Position numbers and translations under genes: made by a program. DNA of 64,000 nucleotides from Candidatus Daviesbacteria bacterium (GTDB lineage: Bacteria > Patescibacteriota > Microgenomatia > Daviesbacterales > UBA10151), in contig JACOXI010000004.1 in NCBI GenBank assembly GCA_016176335.1, positions 82,303-146,302 on the forward strand, in the 5' to 3' direction. Below the pieces are notes generated by a model. The model was not told the origin of the DNA, ran no database searches, and saw only the letters and a program-made list of their open reading frames with translations. Numbering within the stretch: position 1 is the first letter of the stretch; each line of letters starts with the position of its first letter. This document shows, piece after piece, positions 18,575 to 30,841 of this stretch.

Positions 18575-19669
18575 TTAATGGGTAGTTGTTAATCTCTCAA
18601 TTTCTTCCAAAGCCTGCTTTCTTTTTGGATCTTCAAAATAATTTCTGGCTGGTTCCAGTTTTTTGATAAGCCACTCCGCTACAGCCTCTTTTAGATCTTG
18701 GGGATGAAGCTTTTTTTGGGCATAATCAATTTCTAGCTCCTCATAGGAAGTATATGTGATATCTCCCCCAAATTCTTTCTTCCGATGAACGATGAGCGAT
18801 GAACCATCCACCATGACTAAGTATTTGGTCCAGTCTAAGATGGGATTGTAGTCTGTCTCCCCTTCAGGACAAAAAGCATTATTAACTTTTCTTTTGATTT
18901 CATCGGGCTCATCATGGATAAAAACGGCAGAGTCTGGTTTGGATTTACTCATTTTCATGGCAGTGACCATTTCATCCCTATTTTCTTTTGGCAGGGGCCA
19001 AACATGCGGTTTAAGAAGACCCTTAAGCAGATGGTGATGAATAGCTACAGGTTTGGCAAAGCCTATTTTTTTAGCTGCCTCCCTTGCCACCACATGCACA
19101 TTTCTTTGATCTGTTCCGGCATGGGCAATATTTACTCCCATTTGAAAAATGTCAGCAGCCTGCATGGCCGGATAAAACAGGGTGGCTACCTCGGATGAAT
19201 CTCCTGCTAATCTGCCCATGATATCCGTGGATCTTAACATACGGGAAATAGTAGTGGCTTTGGCCACTCCGATCACTTTCGCCCAGTAGGTTTGATTGTA
19301 AAGTTCGTTGCCTAAAACAAATTTCAGATCCTGAATCTGTCCGCCAACGCACAGGTAAGCTGCTTTGAGTCCCTCCTCAAAATATTCTCGGGCCATTTTC
19401 CTTGCAGTCTCTAAAGTACCATCTAATTTTTTATTAAGCCAGGTATGCCAGTCAGCTAAAAAGATGGTGGTTTGGGCTCCCGCGAGCGCCAGATCTTTGA
19501 CTTTTTGCATCACAGCCAATCCTGTTCCCAAATGAACTTTTCCTGAAATCTCAAATCCGATGTAGTGTTTTAATGGAGTACCGGATTCTATCAGTTGTTT
19601 TAATTCCTCTTCAGTTAACACTTCCTCCAAATTTCTGGTAATTAATTTAAATTTTTCCTCGTTGGTCAT
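18575..19669 (-). CDS. tyrS: Tyrosine-tRNA ligase, archaeal/eukaryotic type
   Basis: YIGFEISGKVHLG, LADWH, YPAMQAADI, GTDQR, KMSKS, AFCP, LHPQDLK; about 364 aa with no S4 domain. Confidence 0.93.
   Translation of the reverse strand: MTNEEKFKLITRNLEEVLTEEELKQLIESGTPLKHYIGFEISGKVHLGTGLAVMQKVKDLALAGAQTTIFLADWHTWLNKKLDGTLETARKMAREYFEEGLKAAYLCVGGQIQDLKFVLGNELYNQTYWAKVIGVAKATTISRMLRSTDIMGRLAGDSSEVATLFYPAMQAADIFQMGVNIAHAGTDQRNVHVVAREAAKKIGFAKPVAIHHHLLKGLLKPHVWPLPKENRDEMVTAMKMSKSKPDSAVFIHDEPDEIKRKVNNAFCPEGETDYNPILDWTKYLVMVDGSSLIVHRKKEFGGDITYTSYEELEIDYAQKKLHPQDLKEAVAEWLIKKLEPARNYFEDPKRKQALEEIERLTTTH
18783..18817 (+). repeat. 7-bp array CGATGAA CGATGAG CGATGAA CCATCCA CCATGAC inside tyrS
   Basis: Read directly from the sequence. 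Confidence 0.75.
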
Positions 19670-19714
19670 AGTTAGATTATACAATAATTAAAACCCATGT
19701 TATCATTACTGTAA

Positions 19715-21286
19715 ATGTCCAGGACTTTAACGCCATTATCAAAAGCTTTGGTTTCCTCATACGATAAGGATTATTCGGAGCATCATGACCAAACAATTTC
19801 GGTAAACCCTTTGGTTGCAGAGCTTGCCAGCTGGTATGAAAAACTTCGAACAGCCATGGATTATCGGGATGATGAGGTCATCTTACGTTCCGCAATTGAG
19901 CGAATTTTAAAAAGAAGACTGCTTTTGGGAGGAAACGGCCAAACCATTGCCGCACCATTGCTGCGGGAGCTTGTTTGGGCAAGATACTTCCCCGACTCCT
20001 CAATCCCGGAAATCACCATTGCCAAAGTTTCCCAAACCATTGATCTATTCTTACAACTGGAAGAAGAAATTAACAAAAAACACAGGGTCAACAGAAATAC
20101 TGTTAATGATTGGATTCTACACCTTTTGTCTTCCGAAATTGAATATATCTTAAAACCTGATAATCACAAAGATTTGATGAGTAATTACGTATACCATATC
20201 TTTAAAGAAAGAATCCAAATAGAAGATGATACCGAGGAAGTAAAAAATATCCAAACCTTTATTGCAGTCAGAAGATCGTACGCCAACGATGACCTGCCGT
20301 TTTTAAGATACCACCTGTTTTTACAATACTTTGGCAAGTTGACATCCCATAATTTCGAAGCAACAGCCACCCATTTTATGGAGGGGTATAGGAAAATTCA
20401 AGAACAACTAAACTATCCTTTAAAAAATAAACTTTTTGTTTATGTTGACAGTCAAAAAATACCTTTTTTAATTCTTGATGATATTTTGAAAAAAAATCAA
20501 GGACGGATTGCGTCTTTAATGTCTGATGAGGATCAGATGAATCTGGCAGTTTTAAACGCTTGTTCGCAAAGGTATAAGTCTGTTAAGGAAAGAGTGAGAA
20601 GGGCAATTATCAGAAGTGTGATTTTTATATTTTTTACCAAAGCGCTTTTTGCCTTATTTATTGAAGGGGCTTTCGAAAATTTGGTTTTTGGAAGAGTCAT
20701 TTGGTCATCAATTATTTTAAATACACTCACACCGCCTCTTCTTATGGTTGGGGTAGGCCTTTTTATACAAACACCATCCAGAGATAATTCCTTTAAAATA
20801 CAGAGGAAAATAAACTCCGTATTATTTGATGAAAACCCCCAACTGGAAAACCCTTTGCTGGTTAGAAAAAAGATTAAAAAAATAGACCCCATACTTTGGA
20901 GTTTGTTTATTATATTTTGGCTGGCAACTTTTGCCGTCAGTTTCGGGGCCTTAATTTTTATTCTGACTAAGTTGAGGTTTAACCCAATATCTCAAGGGGT
21001 ATTTATCTTCTTTATTGCCATAGTTTCTTTTATCTCTTACAGAATCAACAGAACTGCCAATATGTATCTTGTCAAGGACGGAAAAGAAAACTTGGCATCT
21101 CTTTTGACAGACTTCTTTTTCATGCCTTTTATACAGGTTGGAAGAAAGTTGACAATGGCTGTTTCACAAATAAATATCATCCTTTTTATAATTGACTTTA
21201 TTATTGAAGCTCCTTTTAAGGGCATTTTTGCCTTCTTTGAACAATGGCTTCTTTTCCTGCGTACACAACGGGAAAAGTTGGATTAA
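19715..21286 (+). CDS. Hypothetical multi-pass membrane protein
   Basis: 523-aa ORF with a soluble N-terminal half and several C-terminal TM helices. Confidence 0.75.
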   Translation: MSRTLTPLSKALVSSYDKDYSEHHDQTISVNPLVAELASWYEKLRTAMDYRDDEVILRSAIERILKRRLLLGGNGQTIAAPLLRELVWARYFPDSSIPEITIAKVSQTIDLFLQLEEEINKKHRVNRNTVNDWILHLLSSEIEYILKPDNHKDLMSNYVYHIFKERIQIEDDTEEVKNIQTFIAVRRSYANDDLPFLRYHLFLQYFGKLTSHNFEATATHFMEGYRKIQEQLNYPLKNKLFVYVDSQKIPFLILDDILKKNQGRIASLMSDEDQMNLAVLNACSQRYKSVKERVRRAIIRSVIFIFFTKALFALFIEGAFENLVFGRVIWSSIILNTLTPPLLMVGVGLFIQTPSRDNSFKIQRKINSVLFDENPQLENPLLVRKKIKKIDPILWSLFIIFWLATFAVSFGALIFILTKLRFNPISQGVFIFFIAIVSFISYRINRTANMYLVKDGKENLASLLTDFFFMPFIQVGRKLTMAVSQINIILFIIDFIIEAPFKGIFAFFEQWLLFLRTQREKLD

Positions 21287-21288
21287 TC

Positions 21289-21318
21289 CGTGTTCCTACT
21301 TGACATGTGGGAAGGTAG
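21289..21318 (+). repeat. REP-like hairpin, copy 1, upstream of the RAYT gene
   Basis: CGTGTTCCTACTTGACATGTGGGAAGGTAG. Confidence 0.75.
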
Positions 21319-22014
21319 ATGGAAGCATATAATTTAATGGTTAATCCTCCCTTTGCTTCAGGTGAGTTTTATCATGTTTATAACAGAGGAGTCGAAAAAA
21401 GGATTACTTTCCTGGATAAATGGGATTTCCTAAGATTTTTAGAGACTTTGGATTTTTACAGAAAATCACCTACTCCAATGAAACTTTCAGATTTCAGAAG
21501 AGGTGTGATTAAACTCAAAAAAGCGGAAAACCAAAAAGAGATAGTACGAATTTTTTGTTACTGCCTAATGCCGAACCATTTTCATCTTTTAATTCGACAA
21601 CTGGAAGAAGGTGGAATATCAGAGTTTATGAGGAAGTTTTCAGATAGTTATACTAGGTTTTTCAATACAAAATATAAAAGAATAGGTCCTCTTTTTCAGG
21701 GAAGGTTTAAAGCAAAGCTAATCGAGACTAATGAATACTTACTCCAACTTTCAAAATATATTCACCGTAACGCGTTCCCACTTACGAAGTGGGAAGGTAG
21801 AGTTTATCCCTATTCCTCTTATGGTTATTATTTGAATGAAGAGAAACATCCGTTTTGTGATACGGAATTTATTGGAGCGTATTTTTCTAAAACAAATCCT
21901 AAATTAAGCTACAAATCATTTGTGGAGGAAACAGAATTTGGAGATCCTGTAACTGTATATAACTTATCTATAGATAGTGATGACTGCGTTCCCACATCCG
22001 ATGTGGGAAGGTGA
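21319..22014 (+). mobile_element. REP-associated tyrosine transposase (RAYT, IS200/Y1 HUH family)
   Basis: FYHVYNRG, YCLMPNHFHLL (HUH), GPLFQGRFK, YIHRN, YPYSS. Confidence 0.92.
21771..21800 (+). repeat. REP-like hairpin, copy 2, in frame inside the RAYT gene
   Basis: TTCCCACTT-ACG-AAGTGGGAA is a perfect 9-bp stem, followed by GGTAG. Confidence 0.85.
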
Positions 22015-22023
22015 TGTAGGAAG
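21986..22023 (+). repeat. REP-like hairpin, copy 3, plus a half copy at the RAYT 3' end
   Basis: GCG TTCCCACAT-CCG-ATGTGGGAA GGT, then GATGTAGGAAG. Confidence 0.85.
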
Positions 22024-22076
22024 CTAGTTCATTGAAAATAAGGAAACAGAATATTTTTTCCCAATTTTTCCAGAGG

Positions 22077-22457
22077 TCACTTAGCGATTGTTTTCTTATT
22101 AAACTTTCTTCCAATTACTGTAATTATCATTATTCCTATTGATCCCAGTGAAATTAAACTTACATAACCAGAAAGTAATGAAAGTGATGGAATAGATAGC
22201 ATAAATAAAAATACATAGGATAGTAGAAAAGTATGTAGAGCTTTTTGGCTCTTACGCCATTTAGTATCAAAAATTACTGAAAGTGCCAGAATAACTACAA
22301 AGGTACTTATTAGATTACCAACTAGTTGTCCCATGGCACTTTGTATTGCGTCTGAAGAAGTTGTTAATGGGAAATGCCATATAAAATAAAAGGCAATAAA
22401 AAGAGTTAAACCTACTCTTGTTAGAAAAAAGTCATAAATTTTCTTAATAAAATTCAT
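22077..22457 (-). CDS. Hypothetical membrane protein
   Basis: 126 aa with about four hydrophobic helices; AT-rich. Confidence 0.65.
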   Translation of the reverse strand: MNFIKKIYDFFLTRVGLTLFIAFYFIWHFPLTTSSDAIQSAMGQLVGNLISTFVVILALSVIFDTKWRKSQKALHTFLLSYVFLFMLSIPSLSLLSGYVSLISLGSIGIMIITVIGRKFNKKTIAK

Positions 22458-22504
22458 ACTAGGTGTTATCTAATTATCTAACTATTCTCTTACATTTTCC
22501 ATAG

Positions 22505-22951
22505 TTACTTTGCCCACTCCTTTGCAACTTCCAGCAGTTCTTGCCCTAGCTCCTGTGCCTTGTTGCTATATTTTCTAGTATTAACTGCTTCTATAAACTC
22601 AGGAGTTTTATTTTTTGTAATACCTCGGTACATACTCCAATTAATTAGGAATTCCTTTAACTTTTTTCCTACTTCAATGTCAAATGCCTCAATCTCTTGA
22701 GCCCTGATCTTTATTTCTTTTTCACTCTTAGCTTTCCATTTAAAACCATTGTGCATTCCATATATAACAAATTCGATAATGTCTTTTGCAGCTTCAAGTT
22801 TTCTAGTTTTCCTTCGCCTTTGATCCTCCTTAATACCATCAACCCAAACATCAACAAACTTCAAACTTAATGTCCCAATAATTCCAATCAATGCCCCAAC
22901 TGGGTATGCTATTAGAGGGTTTTTAATAAAACTGTTAAGCCATTCTTCCAC
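22505..22951 (-). CDS. Hypothetical protein with an N-terminal TM helix
   Basis: 148-aa ORF; TATAAT lies 6 nt before the GTG. Confidence 0.7.
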   Translation of the reverse strand: MEEWLNSFIKNPLIAYPVGALIGIIGTLSLKFVDVWVDGIKEDQRRRKTRKLEAAKDIIEFVIYGMHNGFKWKAKSEKEIKIRAQEIEAFDIEVGKKLKEFLINWSMYRGITKNKTPEFIEAVNTRKYSNKAQELGQELLEVAKEWAK

Positions 22952-23053
22952 TATCCGATTATAACCCTGCCACTCTTACAATTCCATTAACATTTTAAGT
23001 GTAAAAACTACTAAAGGTTGACCAAAGCTTAAATTCTCCTGTAAAATATATGA

Positions 23054-23782
23054 ATGGAACATGCAATTGTTTTAAAGCCGGAAATATTGGGTTTTTATAA
23101 AAACTTTCCAGTCACCAATACCCTTTTGGTCTCCTGGATCGCTATGGCTGTACTAATCATTACCTCTGTTATTGCTACTCGGAGAGTGAAAATGATCCCC
23201 TCCCTTTTGCAGAATTTTTTTGAAATGATTATTGATTTTGGTTACACCACTGTTTCGGACTTAGCAGGCAGCAAAAAAGCCAAAGTTTTTTTCCCCATCT
23301 GTATGACATTTTTCCTTTTTATTTTAACCGCCAACTGGTTAGGTTTACTTCCCGGATTTGGGACTATCAAATACAATGGTGCACCCTTACTCCGCTCTAT
23401 CAATTCTGATTTGAACATGACCTTATCTTTGGCTTTAGTTTCCGCTACCCTCACTCATTTTTTTGCCATCAAATACCTTGGGCTTGCAGGTTATCTTAAA
23501 AGATGGTTTTCCCTGCAACTTTTCCCTGTTTTTCTTTTTGTGGGATTTTTGGAAATTATCTCCGAGATTACCAAAGTGGTGTCGCTTTCTTTTCGGCTTT
23601 TTGGTAATATTTTTGCAGGTGAAGTGGTTTTGACAACAGTGTCATCTATCATGGCTTTTGTCATACCTTTGCCTTTTTATTTCTTGGAAATTATTGTAGG
23701 ATTTGTACAAGCAGCGGTTTTTATGATGTTAACATTAGTGTTTATGGTACTTTTGTCTGAAAAACATGGTGTACAGCATTAA
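23054..23782 (+). CDS. atpB: ATP synthase F0 subunit a
   Basis: NWLGLLPG, SLSFRLFGNIFAGE, VQAAVF; promoter TTGACC-18-TAAAAT 6 nt upstream. Confidence 0.97.
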   Translation: MEHAIVLKPEILGFYKNFPVTNTLLVSWIAMAVLIITSVIATRRVKMIPSLLQNFFEMIIDFGYTTVSDLAGSKKAKVFFPICMTFFLFILTANWLGLLPGFGTIKYNGAPLLRSINSDLNMTLSLALVSATLTHFFAIKYLGLAGYLKRWFSLQLFPVFLFVGFLEIISEITKVVSLSFRLFGNIFAGEVVLTTVSSIMAFVIPLPFYFLEIIVGFVQAAVFMMLTLVFMVLLSEKHGVQH

Positions 23783-24013
<231 letters not shown>

Positions 24014-24120
24014 TCTCAAAACTCAAATCGCAAAACTCAAAACTAAAACTTAAATCTAAAATCTTTAAAGTTTTAACATTTGAGATGTAGATTTGACATT
24101 TGAGATCTAACATTTGAGAT
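24014..24120. repeat. Intergenic 7-bp array with inverted arms (CTCAAAA-type, then TTTGAGA/TTTGACA-type)
   Basis: Fills the whole atpE-atpF spacer. Confidence 0.85.
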
Positions 24121-24122
24121 AT

Positions 24123-24617
24123 ATGGAAGTCTTAAACCAATTTGGTATCAATCCAATTCTTTTGGCAGCGCAAGTTGTCAATTTTTTAATACTCCTTTGG
24201 CTATTAAATAAGTTTTTGTATAAACCAATAATCAGGGTTTTGGAGGAAAGAAAACAAAAAGTTGCAGAAGCCAACAAAAATGCGGAAGAAATTGAAAAAA
24301 AGCTTTTGCAGATTACCGCTTTGAAAGAGGAAGAAATATTAAAAGCTGTCAAAGAGGGAGAAAAAATTATTAAGGAGGCATCGGATGAAGCCTTGCAAAT
24401 TATAGAAAACGGCCGTAGGCAATATGAAGAGATTATTAAAAACGCGAGGAAGGATGCAAAAGAACTCCTGCAGGTAGAAAAAGCGAATTTAGATCGGGAA
24501 ATCAGAGAAAATCTTGGAGAAATGATTGCTTTAGCTTTACAAAAAGTTACGGGAAAAGTATTGTCTAAAAAAGACCAACAAAATATTTTAGAAAAGGAAA
24601 TCAGAAATCTTTCATGA
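24123..24617 (+). CDS. atpF: ATP synthase F0 subunit b
   Basis: AQVVNFLILLWLLNKFLYKPI...LEERK. Confidence 0.95.
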   Translation: MEVLNQFGINPILLAAQVVNFLILLWLLNKFLYKPIIRVLEERKQKVAEANKNAEEIEKKLLQITALKEEEILKAVKEGEKIIKEASDEALQIIENGRRQYEEIIKNARKDAKELLQVEKANLDREIRENLGEMIALALQKVTGKVLSKKDQQNILEKEIRNLS

Positions 24618-25015
24618 AACAGGACAAGCAGCTTAAAAAAATCATCTTAAATTCAGTGCAGGATTCATTTAGCTTTGGAAGACTGTTAGAATCTCAAGTT
24701 GTAAAGAACATCAAGCTGTATAAGAGTTTACCAACATCTAAAGCCATCTTAGCTTTAACAGAGTACTTAACAGGTGTTAAAAGGAAATTAAGGAAACACA
24801 CTTTGGTTGTGGAAACGAACTGTCCTTTGTCTTTGAAGCAAGTTGAAAAGATCAAGAGAATAGTTGCCAAAAAATATCAAATTACCAAGCTTGAGTCTAA
24901 AATTAACCCGGATATTTTAGGAGGGGTCAGATTGAGGATGGGAGATGATATTTATGATGAATCTATACAAAGCAGGATTACCCAGCTAAGGGAGGTTTTG
25001 GAAAAAGAAATATGA
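24614..25015 (+). CDS. atpH: ATP synthase subunit delta (short form)
   Basis: [22 protein letters not shown]; operon position. Confidence 0.9.
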   Translation: MKQDKQLKKIILNSVQDSFSFGRLLESQVVKNIKLYKSLPTSKAILALTEYLTGVKRKLRKHTLVVETNCPLSLKQVEKIKRIVAKKYQITKLESKINPDILGGVRLRMGDDIYDESIQSRITQLREVLEKEI

Positions 25016-26526
25016 GCAACTTAACTCGTGAAATAGAAAATCAGATTAAGGGTTTAAAACTTAAGGCCCAAAGGCAGAATGTGGGAGTGGTCACCGAGAT
25101 TGGGGATGGCGTTGCCAGGATCGAAGGTTTATCTGATGTTCAATCCTCGGAACTTTTAGATTTCGGAGACGGTGTTTTTGGTTTGGCTCTAAATTTGGAA
25201 GCATACAGTGTGGGGGCGGTGATTTTTGGGGATTTTACCAAGGTGAAAGAGGGTTTGGGGGTTAAAACAACGGGGAGGATTTTGGAGGTGCCTGTGGGAG
25301 AGGCCTTGCTTGGCAGGGTTGTTGACGGCTTGGGTCAGCCGGTTGATGGCAAAAGCGCAATCAGGGCCAAGGATAAATATCCTGTGGAAAAAATTGCTCC
25401 CGGGGTTATTGCCAGGCAATCAGTAAATACCCCTTTGCAAACCGGCATTAAGGCCATAGATACTATGATTCCCATCGGCCGGGGTCAGAGAGAACTTATT
25501 ATCGGGGATCGGAATACCGGTAAAACTACCATTGCTGTAGATACCATTATTAATCAGCGGGATGTGATCTGTATTTATGTGGCCATCGGTCAAAAAACTT
25601 CCAAAATTGCCCAACTGGTGGCAAAACTTGAAGAGACAGGTAGCTTGGATCACACGGTTGTTGTGGCGGCGGGTTCATCCGACCCTGCCACCATGCAATA
25701 CATTGCTCCCTACTCCGGGACGGCCATGGGTGAGTATTTTATGGACCAGGGACGCGACGTATTAATCATCTACGATGATTTGTCAAAACACGCCTGGGCA
25801 TATAGGCAAATGGCGCTGCTTTTGCGAAGGCCTTCCGGGCGCGAAGCATACCCCGGTGATGTTTTTTACCTTCATTCAAGATTATTAGAGCGCTCTGCCA
25901 GGATGAATAAGGAGAATGGCAACGGATCTCTGACTGCCCTGCCTATCATAGAAACCCAAGCAGGTGATTTGTCTGCATATATCCCCACCAATGTGATCTC
26001 CATCACAGACGGGCAGATATTTTTGGAATCTGACCTTTTCTTCGCCGGGATAAGACCTGCCATCAATGTCGGGCTGTCAGTTTCCCGGGTGGGAGGGGCG
26101 GCACAAAATAAAGCCATGAAAGGGGTGGCAGGGCCTTTACGTTTAGACCTGGCTCAATTTAGAGCTTTGCAGGCATTTGCCCAATTTTCATCTGATTTGG
26201 ATCCGGCCACCCGTAGCCAGATTGAAAGGGGTAGAAGATTAACTGAAGTTTTAAAACAGCCTCCCTACTCTCCTCACGCGGTTGAGGAGCAGATTGTCAT
26301 TCTTTGGGCTGCAACGCAAGGTTATTTGGATGAGATAGAGGTAGATTCTGTCCGCGATTTCGAACAAAAGTACATTGCCAATCTTAAGCTTCGGGAGAAA
26401 AAGCTTTTAGGTGATATCAAAGACAAAAAAGAATTGGATGAAAAGATGGTGAAAGAGCTGGAGAGAGCCACCAAAGCGTTTGTGAATATTTTTGCTAAAT
26501 TTGGGAAAGGAGCAAAGAAAGGGTAA
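25012..26526 (+). CDS. atpA: ATP synthase F1 subunit alpha
   Basis: [35 protein letters not shown]. Confidence 0.99.
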   Translation: MSNLTREIENQIKGLKLKAQRQNVGVVTEIGDGVARIEGLSDVQSSELLDFGDGVFGLALNLEAYSVGAVIFGDFTKVKEGLGVKTTGRILEVPVGEALLGRVVDGLGQPVDGKSAIRAKDKYPVEKIAPGVIARQSVNTPLQTGIKAIDTMIPIGRGQRELIIGDRNTGKTTIAVDTIINQRDVICIYVAIGQKTSKIAQLVAKLEETGSLDHTVVVAAGSSDPATMQYIAPYSGTAMGEYFMDQGRDVLIIYDDLSKHAWAYRQMALLLRRPSGREAYPGDVFYLHSRLLERSARMNKENGNGSLTALPIIETQAGDLSAYIPTNVISITDGQIFLESDLFFAGIRPAINVGLSVSRVGGAAQNKAMKGVAGPLRLDLAQFRALQAFAQFSSDLDPATRSQIERGRRLTEVLKQPPYSPHAVEEQIVILWAATQGYLDEIEVDSVRDFEQKYIANLKLREKKLLGDIKDKKELDEKMVKELERATKAFVNIFAKFGKGAKKG

Positions 26527-26580
26527 AGCGTCAAGGGGAAAGTAGTATTCTTTGCCCTTACCGCTTTCCACTTCACCCTA
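26502..26580. repeat. Degenerate 7-bp array with inverted arms across the atpA stop codon
   Basis: GGGTAAA GCGTCAA GGGGAAA ... CTTTGCC CTTACCG CTTTCCA CTTCACC. Confidence 0.65.
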
Positions 26581-26585
26581 GAGAT

Positions 26586-28908
<2,323 letters not shown>

Positions 28909-28935
28909 AGGTACTACAAGTTTGTACTTAAGGAG

Positions 28936-29478
28936 TTAATTTGGTTTATTTGGAGATCTTTTTCCGTAAAGCATCCTGTGAAGTCCTAAGGCAGCTACTG
29001 TACCTAAAGTATAAGCTACAAAATCATAAGGATCATAAACGTATTTATTCCCGTCTATTTCAAGAACATTTTGGGTCTTTTGTTCTGCCAGATATTGTAA
29101 ACCTTCAAAAGCAAATGATAATCCTGTTGCCAAGAAGATATTTTTTCTGCTTTTGAAAAATTCGACTCTTGAGGGAGAGAAGATACCTTGAGTGAGTAAC
29201 CACCATACAGATGGCCCTAAAAAGTCATGACCATAAGAACTGAAAAGTTCGATATGATGCATATCGTATCTTTTGGAAAAATAATCAAGAGTTACTAAGC
29301 CCAGGGTTAACAACATAAGCCTTCCTATACCTCTTGAAGGTTGTTCGATAGGTATTAAAGGGGTGAGGTTACTTTCCATTGGTCTTCTACTGACATCTCC
29401 CCGATATCCTACTGGCTGACGAGCCAAAGCTATTCTTTTCGGTCTCTTTTCTCTCTTCCAGGCTGGTCTTTCTGACAT
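28936..29478 (-). CDS. Hypothetical membrane protein (VanZ/DUF2809-like pattern)
   Basis: About four TM helices; FEGLQ and YDPYDFVAY motifs. Confidence 0.6.
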   Translation of the reverse strand: MSERPAWKREKRPKRIALARQPVGYRGDVSRRPMESNLTPLIPIEQPSRGIGRLMLLTLGLVTLDYFSKRYDMHHIELFSSYGHDFLGPSVWWLLTQGIFSPSRVEFFKSRKNIFLATGLSFAFEGLQYLAEQKTQNVLEIDGNKYVYDPYDFVAYTLGTVAALGLHRMLYGKRSPNKPN

Positions 29479-29515
29479 ATTAGCGAATATTAACACAAAA
29501 TACCTCAAAGGAGGA

Positions 29516-29986
29516 TTATGCAGCTTTCTTTAGAACAGCCGGTGCTTGAAGATACGGGTTGGAAGTTTGATCTGTTGCCTCTTTCGGCTGATTCGGATGT
29601 TGGTTCACGGAAGATATAGCAGTTTGTTCGGGCAATCTTCCGGTAATCAAGACATGTCCCCTTTCCTGCCATAACTGTACACTATCTGGGCCGATAATCA
29701 GCTCTCCTACTTTGCCTTCAGTATCTTTTAACGGTGCTGTTACTTCCACACTCTCAACTGTATCTCCTCTTTCTATGGCTGATCTGACCAATATTCCAAC
29801 AGGCCAGTTGAGTCTATCAATGATTGCCGCAACTCTTCCCCATTGTCCTAAATCAGATGAACTAGTAAATATTCTTGAATTCCTGATGGTTGCCAAAGAT
29901 GTGCCTTGAGGAATCTCTGCAGGTTCAGGTACTCTGGCACTGGTGATTGTTTGAAAATTAATAATCTGCCCTTTGTTGATTTCCAT
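29516..29986 (-). CDS. Hypothetical protein
   Basis: ORF with TAGAAT 7 nt before ATG 29986. Confidence 0.6.
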   Translation of the reverse strand: MEINKGQIINFQTITSARVPEPAEIPQGTSLATIRNSRIFTSSSDLGQWGRVAAIIDRLNWPVGILVRSAIERGDTVESVEVTAPLKDTEGKVGELIIGPDSVQLWQERGHVLITGRLPEQTAISSVNQHPNQPKEATDQTSNPYLQAPAVLKKAA

Positions 29987-30005
29987 GGGGGGTATTCTAC
30001 TCCAA

Positions 30006-30371
30006 TTAGACAATATGTTCAAACGTCCCGTCTAAATGAAGGTAGTAAGTTGCTACTTCTAAATTTGGAAATTGTTCCGAAATTTGCTTTTTTACCTGTT
30101 GCAAATCCCTGACATGGTGGTCAATATGTCCCTTTGGTCCGTATGCTCCGCAATCTTCATGATTGATTATGACAGCTTTTTTGATGTGGTGAAGCCTGTT
30201 GGCTACCTCTATTTGAGATAAAATTGTATCTGAATTCTTAGCTGCTCCGGCAAAAGCACCCCGATCATAAGTGTTAGGCTGAAAATTTTCCTCCAGCCAT
30301 TTGTGGATATATTCCTGGAATCTAAAGTCTATACAAGTAATGACAATTGCTTCACAACTATGATTGTTCAT
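30006..30371 (-). CDS. Small beta-class carbonic anhydrase-like protein
   Basis: Metal ligand motifs CIDFR and HEDCGAY. Confidence 0.85.
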   Translation of the reverse strand: MNNHSCEAIVITCIDFRFQEYIHKWLEENFQPNTYDRGAFAGAAKNSDTILSQIEVANRLHHIKKAVIINHEDCGAYGPKGHIDHHVRDLQQVKKQISEQFPNLEVATYYLHLDGTFEHIV

Positions 30372-30392
30372 TATTGGTATAATACTACAAGT

Positions 30393-30803
30393 ATGGCTCA
30401 ATTACACTTAAAGGTAGTCACTCCGGAAAAGCTTATTTTTGATGAAGAGGTTAGTCAAATTAATGTTTCCACCGATCAAGGGCAAATTGGCATACTTCCC
30501 AATCATGCCAATTTAATGGCTAAACTTAAACCAGGTGAGTTAGTTATAAAAAAAGGGGGAAAGACAGATACTTTGGCTGTTGGGGATGGTTTTTTACAGG
30601 TTGCGGATAATGTGTTAACTGTGATGACTGATTTGGCTACCTTTGAGCAAGATATAGATGAGCGGGCTCAAGAGGAGGCTAAAAAAAGGGCCGAGCAAGC
30701 CTTGGAGCAAACATTGTCTGATGAAGAATATGCGGAAACTTTGGCTGCCTTGGAAAAATCCCTGGCCCAACTTCGCATCAAACGCAGACACAGGGTCAGG
30801 TAG
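30393..30803 (+). CDS. atpC: ATP synthase F1 subunit epsilon
   Basis: LHLKVVTPEK, GQIGILPNHA, GDGFLQV. Confidence 0.96.
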   Translation: MAQLHLKVVTPEKLIFDEEVSQINVSTDQGQIGILPNHANLMAKLKPGELVIKKGGKTDTLAVGDGFLQVADNVLTVMTDLATFEQDIDERAQEEAKKRAEQALEQTLSDEEYAETLAALEKSLAQLRIKRRHRVR

Positions 30804-30841
30804 ATTGGTAATTAATCTCTTCCCGTTATACAATTATCTAC

